From positions 640,001-704,000 of the forward strand of contig CAXXOU010000001.1 in assembly GCA_963677495.2 (NCBI GenBank): a stretch of DNA of 64,000 nt, written 5' to 3'. The DNA comes from Candidatus Cloacimonadales bacterium (GTDB lineage: Bacteria; Cloacimonadota; Cloacimonadia; Cloacimonadales; JAFGVF01). Below the pieces are notes generated by a model, which saw only the letters and a list, made by a program, of their open reading frames with translations, was not told where the DNA came from and did no database searches. Shown one piece after another: positions 60,001 to 64,000 of the stretch. Each line of letters begins with the position of its first letter. Position 1 is the stretch's first letter. Both the position numbers and the translations under genes were made by a program.

Positions 60001-61333
60001 TAGTAAGATTATTTGTTGCTAAAGAGATCTCATCATTGGTCATGTTTATCCCATAACCAGAACATCCATTTATAGTTACAGTATCTAAAGTGATACTACA
60101 AGGGAAATTGCTGTGTGTGTAAAGAACAGATGATTGCCCACCATTGAAACTGCTGTTCCCTACATACAATGAATCAATATCTGAGATGTAGAACGTCTGA
60201 TAATCATAACCATACTGATTATCATAACCACCATTATCAAAATGGCAGTAATCAAATGATGAAGATGCTGAAGAACTAAATCTAATACTACACCAATGTC
60301 CATTATTTGAGTCAAAATAGATTGGATTAGTTGATGTCCCATTTGCTTGTATAGCACCGTTAACAGTCAAAATGTTGAACTCTTCAAAATGAACTATTGT
60401 ACCCGGATCAATCGTCAGTGTATCACCTGATGTAATAGAGCAATGGTTATCAAAAAGGTATGGAACTGAGAAGTCAGGAAGTGTGCAATCAGAAGTAATT
60501 GAACTACCCAGTATCAGAAGATGGTCAGTTCCATCTGTATTTATGCTCATATTAGTAAAATTATCATAAAGATGAGCTAATGCTTCGATTGGATATGAGG
60601 ATGAGTTACTGATTGTTAGATTTGATGCATTAAATGTTGGAGAACAGTTTATATAAACCGATGTGTTAACATTATTCGTTGTCATCCCATTAACCAGGAC
60701 ATTTGAACTCGAAGAATCTTGTATCTTCAAGGCTGTAGATGAGCAATTATTGAATGAGTTATTATTGAGTATGACAGATCCTGAAGTGTTTCTTAGATGA
60801 ACTCCATTGTTGGACAAATTCCAAAATGTACTATTTGATACATTTATGTCACAACTACTATTATAAGAGTATATTGCAGGTCCACTGTCACTGATTTCAA
60901 AGTTACAATAATTGAAAGTAACTCCATTACAGTTGTTTGATATTCTTAGTAGACCATCGTAAGCATTTCCTGCTTCAAAATTACAGTAAGTGAACTGACC
61001 ACTTCCACCGTTATCAAACTTTAGCCTAGTTCCCCTATTCGAGGGCTCATAATTATAATTAAATGGTAGAAAATCAATTGGAAAAGTATCAGTACCGTTT
61101 GCTAAAATTGAACCAACAACAAGAAGTTGAGACCCACTTGCGAATTCTACTATAACTCCTTCTTGAATTGTAAGCGTAGCAGTACTATTAACTGAAATAT
61201 AGCCATGAATTATGTAGGTATTTCCGAAATACCAAGTTGTATTGCTTGTGATATTAGAATTGACGTCTATATCTACTGCATATATCAGACAGGCAAATAT
61301 GATCGTCACCCATATAAGTAAAAACTTTTTCAC
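57011..61333 (-). CDS. Large secreted right-handed parallel beta-helix repeat protein with FN3-like C-terminal tail
   Basis: GTG start with GGAGG SD, signal peptide, six long modules (TLTI.PG...F / G.I.A.GT...PI.F / W..I.F), tail IGWDVVSNATSYKVYSADDP...FFKVTA. Confidence 0.85.
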   Translation of the reverse strand: MKKFLLIWVTIIFACLIYAVDIDVNSNITSNTTWYFGNTYIIHGYISVNSTATLTIQEGVIVEFASGSQLLVVGSILANGTDTFPIDFLPFNYNYEPSNRGTRLKFDNGGSGQFTYCNFEAGNAYDGLLRISNNCNGVTFNYCNFEISDSGPAIYSYNSSCDINVSNSTFWNLSNNGVHLRNTSGSVILNNNSFNNCSSTALKIQDSSSSNVLVNGMTTNNVNTSVYINCSPTFNASNLTISNSSSYPIEALAHLYDNFTNMSINTDGTDHLLILGSSITSDCTLPDFSVPYLFDNHCSITSGDTLTIDPGTIVHFEEFNILTVNGAIQANGTSTNPIYFDSNNGHWCSIRFSSSASSSFDYCHFDNGGYDNQYGYDYQTFYISDIDSLYVGNSSFNGGQSSVLYTHSNFPCSITLDTVTINGCSGYGINMTNDEISLATNNLTITNCDDAIKIHPNSISGLSLPTLSGNLRNSFLIAGSGNIGSMTFYNYGYPYEILNSLYTHSWATITIEPGTEMQFRDYVQFRISGALIAEGTQANPITFDTTPLNTENWYGVLFYAGSTRGSLINCSFNNGGVQNPDNGSVQDMIYLSDVDSLYISDVTITNSEGRGIYSYQSDNGDILVLNNVTIDNCVNEGFRVDGSYLQTDITNIQISNCNAYPVRATGNAVKGINSISLSSNSQQRILLHRNAYVTNNVIRNFGYPYEFDTNYFEYGSTTIEPGVTILLRDDRQFSINSQIFAQGTSDNHITFDRPNSSEDNWFSIVLRSSSYNAIFEYCDFNYGGGVNSSNGSITPTISVSECENLEINNCTISNSDGYGLGVIDSNSADILTINNLDIDNVASDGVVAFDSGVNMSIDGLNVNNANGFPLIISVKDVTDLANLQFTNNTHHYIKLENSGYIDSETIHNFGIPYLLMETINLYGNQTLIIEPGVELYIDDSRGFTINGNISAVGTPSQPITFNKSPFCTENWQTIQVRNGGNGDFEYCEFNDGGETSPYGHHTYTIFDEGASRLRLDNCAINNSLGTGLFVDGTQDTDSLYVRNVSIDGFVTNGIRVDDQNLNALVENITVVNGSLTPMKINIDQVDSFQDVSYDLNSNDLYYEITSTHLHHNATWSNTGIPYKMTRTSYITDWDVLTLEAGVELHFSDEYSLFIQGGLNCNGTLANPVIMRSTTTGTDSYWNGIRFQNTEYDSNIDYLIVENAGFDEAYSYNHDKKAVYVENSTVNFSSCQFRYSDYHLFASYGNSDVTITDCYIGDCDWNGMIIDDGTVTVVNSEITNCQNKGIHYDSGTINFGTNSTQWNKVHNNTNYNFYNNSQTVLSAPYVYWGSTDELTVDATIYDDEEGNGRVDFAPWYDETCTILNGGTIETPFNITITELSPTQLRIGWDVVSNATSYKVYSADDPSSDNWQIIGNGITELFFDINPNNFANKQFFKVTAIR

Positions 61334-61422
61334 GATATCCTCCGTATTTATACATAGTTAGCTATATAAGAAAATTAAGGTTACGTGATAAGTCAAGCTA
61401 TAAAGTGATTAAGGTTCAGCAT

Positions 61423-62145
61423 TTAATATTGAAAAAGCTTATGAGCTCCTCTACTAATAGGAAGTTCCGTATGTTTCTTATCTTGCATTCGTGCTATCCA
61501 TTTAACTGAGCTTAGCTTAATAATCTCTTTTATATAAATGCTATTAACTAGATTACCTCTATGTAATCTAAGAAAGCTTTTGCCTAACTCTGTTTCAAGC
61601 TGACTTAATGTCTTTGTCACCAAATATGAGTCATTATAAGTATGAATCCGTGTATATTTAGAATCTGAGCTACAGAAATAAATCTCATCCGGTGTTAGAA
61701 ATACTATCTTGTTATCTGCCTGAATTGAGATACGTTTAGGAGTATTTAGATATTCTAATAATGAGTCTATTCTTGCATCGCTAGTTTGTCCTAACTGCTC
61801 CAGTTTATCAATTGCTTTGGCAATCTTATCAGCAGACAAAGGCTTAAGAACATAATCAATTGTGAGATTATCAAATGCATCAAGAGCGTATTGGTCAAAT
61901 GCTGTTGTAAAGATAACTTTAGGTTTATAATCAAGTCTTTTGAGCACATCAAATCCATTAAACCCCGGGATTTGGATATCAAGAAAGACTAATTGAGGTT
62001 TCAGTTCATTTATAATACCCACTGCATCCGGTCCATTAGCTGCAGTCCCAACTATCTCTACTTTATTCTCAAACTCAACTAGTATTCGCTTTAAACTACT
62101 CATTGCAATGACTTCATCTTCAACTAGAACAGTCTTATAGCTCAT
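61423..62145 (-). CDS. LytTR family response regulator
   Basis: LVEDE, FLDIQIPG, IFTTAFDQYALDAF, YVLKP, FLRLHRGNLVN, LPISR. Confidence 0.93.
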   Translation of the reverse strand: MSYKTVLVEDEVIAMSSLKRILVEFENKVEIVGTAANGPDAVGIINELKPQLVFLDIQIPGFNGFDVLKRLDYKPKVIFTTAFDQYALDAFDNLTIDYVLKPLSADKIAKAIDKLEQLGQTSDARIDSLLEYLNTPKRISIQADNKIVFLTPDEIYFCSSDSKYTRIHTYNDSYLVTKTLSQLETELGKSFLRLHRGNLVNSIYIKEIIKLSSVKWIARMQDKKHTELPISRGAHKLFQY

Positions 62146-63163
62146 CTATATCCTCCAACACGATTCGTGCTTCGAATCCTTCGTCCGAATAATTTATGCT
62201 TAGCTCTCCGTTCACTACACCACTTTGTTTTAATAACCCTCGTACACTCTTTAAACCAAATCCTGTATCCGTGCTTGTTGCTACCTTATCACAATCATTG
62301 AGTACTGATATAATCGTATTCTGACCCTCATTGAAGCACTTCACTATTATTGACCCACCACTACTTAGTTTAGATATACCATGTTTAATAGCATTCTCCA
62401 CTAATGTCAGAACTGTCAACGGTGGTACTTCTATATCTTCTACAATATTCTCAATACTATACATTAAGCGGTTACCAAAACGGATACTCTCAATCTGTAA
62501 GTACTTTTCCACAATTTCCAACTCAGCATCCAGAGGAACTAAGATATTCTTTGATACATCCAGATTATACCTTAAAAGGTCAGACAACATCTGAACCATT
62601 CTATCAGCCTTTTCTTTATCAATATAGATGAGCCCTGATATTGAGTTAAGAGTATTGAAGAGGAAGTGTGGATTCACTCTATGCCTAAGCGACATAAGTT
62701 CAGCATCAATTCGAGCAGCTTTTTCCTGACTTAAGCGTAAAGCCTTCATATTATTAGCATGGATTAGAGTAAATAGGACATAAGCAGAAATTCCAAATAT
62801 GATGCTTAAAGCAATAAAGAGTAGCATATTGCTTATATTAAAGAATTGAAAGTCCCAACCTAGTAGGACTCGATTAATCTTTGCACCGATAAATCCACCA
62901 ACTATCCCGGCACTAATCAAGACAAGTGCAATTAAAACTACTCTTATTCTCTTATTCATTCTAAGAAAATCTAAACCTGTTAGACCTGAATATATTAAGA
63001 AACCGATACAGTTCGAATAGATTAGATTTCCTATAAAGAGCTCTAATAGTGGAACCCTAATCCTAATCATCATCAAAGTAGTTAAAATTATTGCAATAAC
63101 CAAATCAACAAGCATTAAGACAAGAATCTTCTTAGGCATAAACAGTTCTTTTAAATATCTCAT
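62135..63163 (-). CDS. LytS/YehU-type sensor histidine kinase
   Basis: About 4 TM segments, VNPHFLFNTLNSI, LSDLLRY, YLQIESIRFG.RL, LVENAIKHG. Confidence 0.92.
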   Translation of the reverse strand: MRYLKELFMPKKILVLMLVDLVIAIILTTLMMIRIRVPLLELFIGNLIYSNCIGFLIYSGLTGLDFLRMNKRIRVVLIALVLISAGIVGGFIGAKINRVLLGWDFQFFNISNMLLFIALSIIFGISAYVLFTLIHANNMKALRLSQEKAARIDAELMSLRHRVNPHFLFNTLNSISGLIYIDKEKADRMVQMLSDLLRYNLDVSKNILVPLDAELEIVEKYLQIESIRFGNRLMYSIENIVEDIEVPPLTVLTLVENAIKHGISKLSSGGSIIVKCFNEGQNTIISVLNDCDKVATSTDTGFGLKSVRGLLKQSGVVNGELSINYSDEGFEARIVLEDIDEL

Positions 63164-63204
63164 ACTTACTCCTATCTATTCTGATTATCTCTTTGTCAAT
63201 CGAT

Positions 63205-64000
63205 TTACTTCTTCACAACCTTTGCATTAAGTTCTGAAATAAGGAAATCTCGTTCATCTAATGAGCAGTTCTTCTTTGACTTAAGATTTACAGGTAGTCT
63301 GACATGTTTATACTGAACGTGTGGCCAATGAAGCATCTCAGCACAAACGAAGTACTCTTTTTGCTTCTTCTCACTCTTATCAAATTCCCAGTAGAAAGTA
63401 TGCTTACCGCAATCTATACTAGCACCTGTAACAAGCTCTAAATCCTTAAACTTTGATTTCTCTGCCCAGGTTGGTAGGTGCACCTGTTTCTCTTTCACAT
63501 TCGCGGCAAATGCTGAGACATACAAAGTCTCAATGTAGTTACCATCTTTATCCTCAATCCAAACAGATATCTGAGGAGCTATCTGGTCTCTGTAACCAAG
63601 TGTAAGTTCCACTTTAAGAGATTCACCCTCAGGCTGTGTCTGATTTATTGCACCTTGAGCAGGAATAAACTTATCAAGCATTGCCATTCGCTCCTCATCA
63701 CCAGCTTCAAAACCCTTTTCCGCCATCTCATAGACCTTCTTCATCTCTAAAGCACCTTTTAAAAGAGAAGTAGCATCTTTAACAACATCTTTACTCTTGC
63801 TGTTTTCTTTCAACCACTCAAGATCACTGATACCCGTATCTAATGAGTTTACGAAGAACGGTAAAGATATAGCAACATTAGCTCTCAGCATACGGATCGA
63901 TTCATCTGATGGAGCAAGCCTCACACAATGCGATAGCACTTCATGCACTTCGTGAGCATATCCTGCTCTAAGCGTCACATCATCCATTATTGAGTCATCA
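63205..64000 (-). CDS. DUF2271-domain protein with helical (TPR-like) N-terminal region; 5' end beyond the window
   Basis: PQISVWIEDKDGNYIETLYVS...VTGAS...FYWE. The frame stays open from 63987 to the window edge. Confidence 0.7.
   Translation of the reverse strand, partial: DDSIMDDVTLRAGYAHEVHEVLSHCVRLAPSDESIRMLRANVAISLPFFVNSLDTGISDLEWLKENSKSKDVVKDATSLLKGALEMKKVYEMAEKGFEAGDEERMAMLDKFIPAQGAINQTQPEGESLKVELTLGYRDQIAPQISVWIEDKDGNYIETLYVSAFAANVKEKQVHLPTWAEKSKFKDLELVTGASIDCGKHTFYWEFDKSEKKQKEYFVCAEMLHWPHVQYKHVRLPVNLKSKKNCSLDERDFLISELNAKVVKK

Noticed and set aside
61374..61416. LytTR binding site (attaaggtt direct repeat x2) upstream of the beta-helix gene
   Set aside because: The repeats are 34 bp apart, against about 21-22 bp for typical LytTR sites, and AT-rich 9-mers can recur by chance.

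Overview
AT-rich bacterial chromosomal window. The C-terminally tagged secreted proteins (FlgD-Ig/T9SS type A-like tails), PorV- and PorX-like genes and overall gene set suggest an FCB-group anaerobe, most likely Candidatus Cloacimonadota (inference only). Housekeeping content: pabABC, mtnA, iscR-iscS-iscU, leuS, rarD, rseP-tgt-panB-porX, efp, greA and a LytS/LytTR pair. There are also many large secreted or surface proteins. I saw no tRNA, rRNA, CRISPR array, integrase or transposase. Main observations: (1) a clear fluoride (crcB) riboswitch with an RBS-sequestering expression platform upstream of a cation:proton antiporter; (2) long intergenic spacers made of palindromic modules, including a 98-bp dispersed repeat (2 copies, 94/98 identical) that carries an inverted DnaA-box pair plus a G-quadruplex-like tract, each copy enclosed by a different inverted repeat, and several hairpins built from 10-11-bp helically phased repeats; (3) an IscS with several substituted active-site residues next to an IscU-DUF59 fusion; (4) a probable ATT start codon for tgt; (5) a small Zn-ribbon protein after efp that may be a ribosomal bL38/DUF4295 relative; (6) an operon with two paralogous secreted DxxG(N/D)DxY-repeat proteins; (7) an M6-like protease with a degenerate zinc motif; (8) a frameshifted DUF4932-like gene; (9) a candidate sRNA or small-peptide unit. 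All family assignments come from motif recognition by eye, without database searches.
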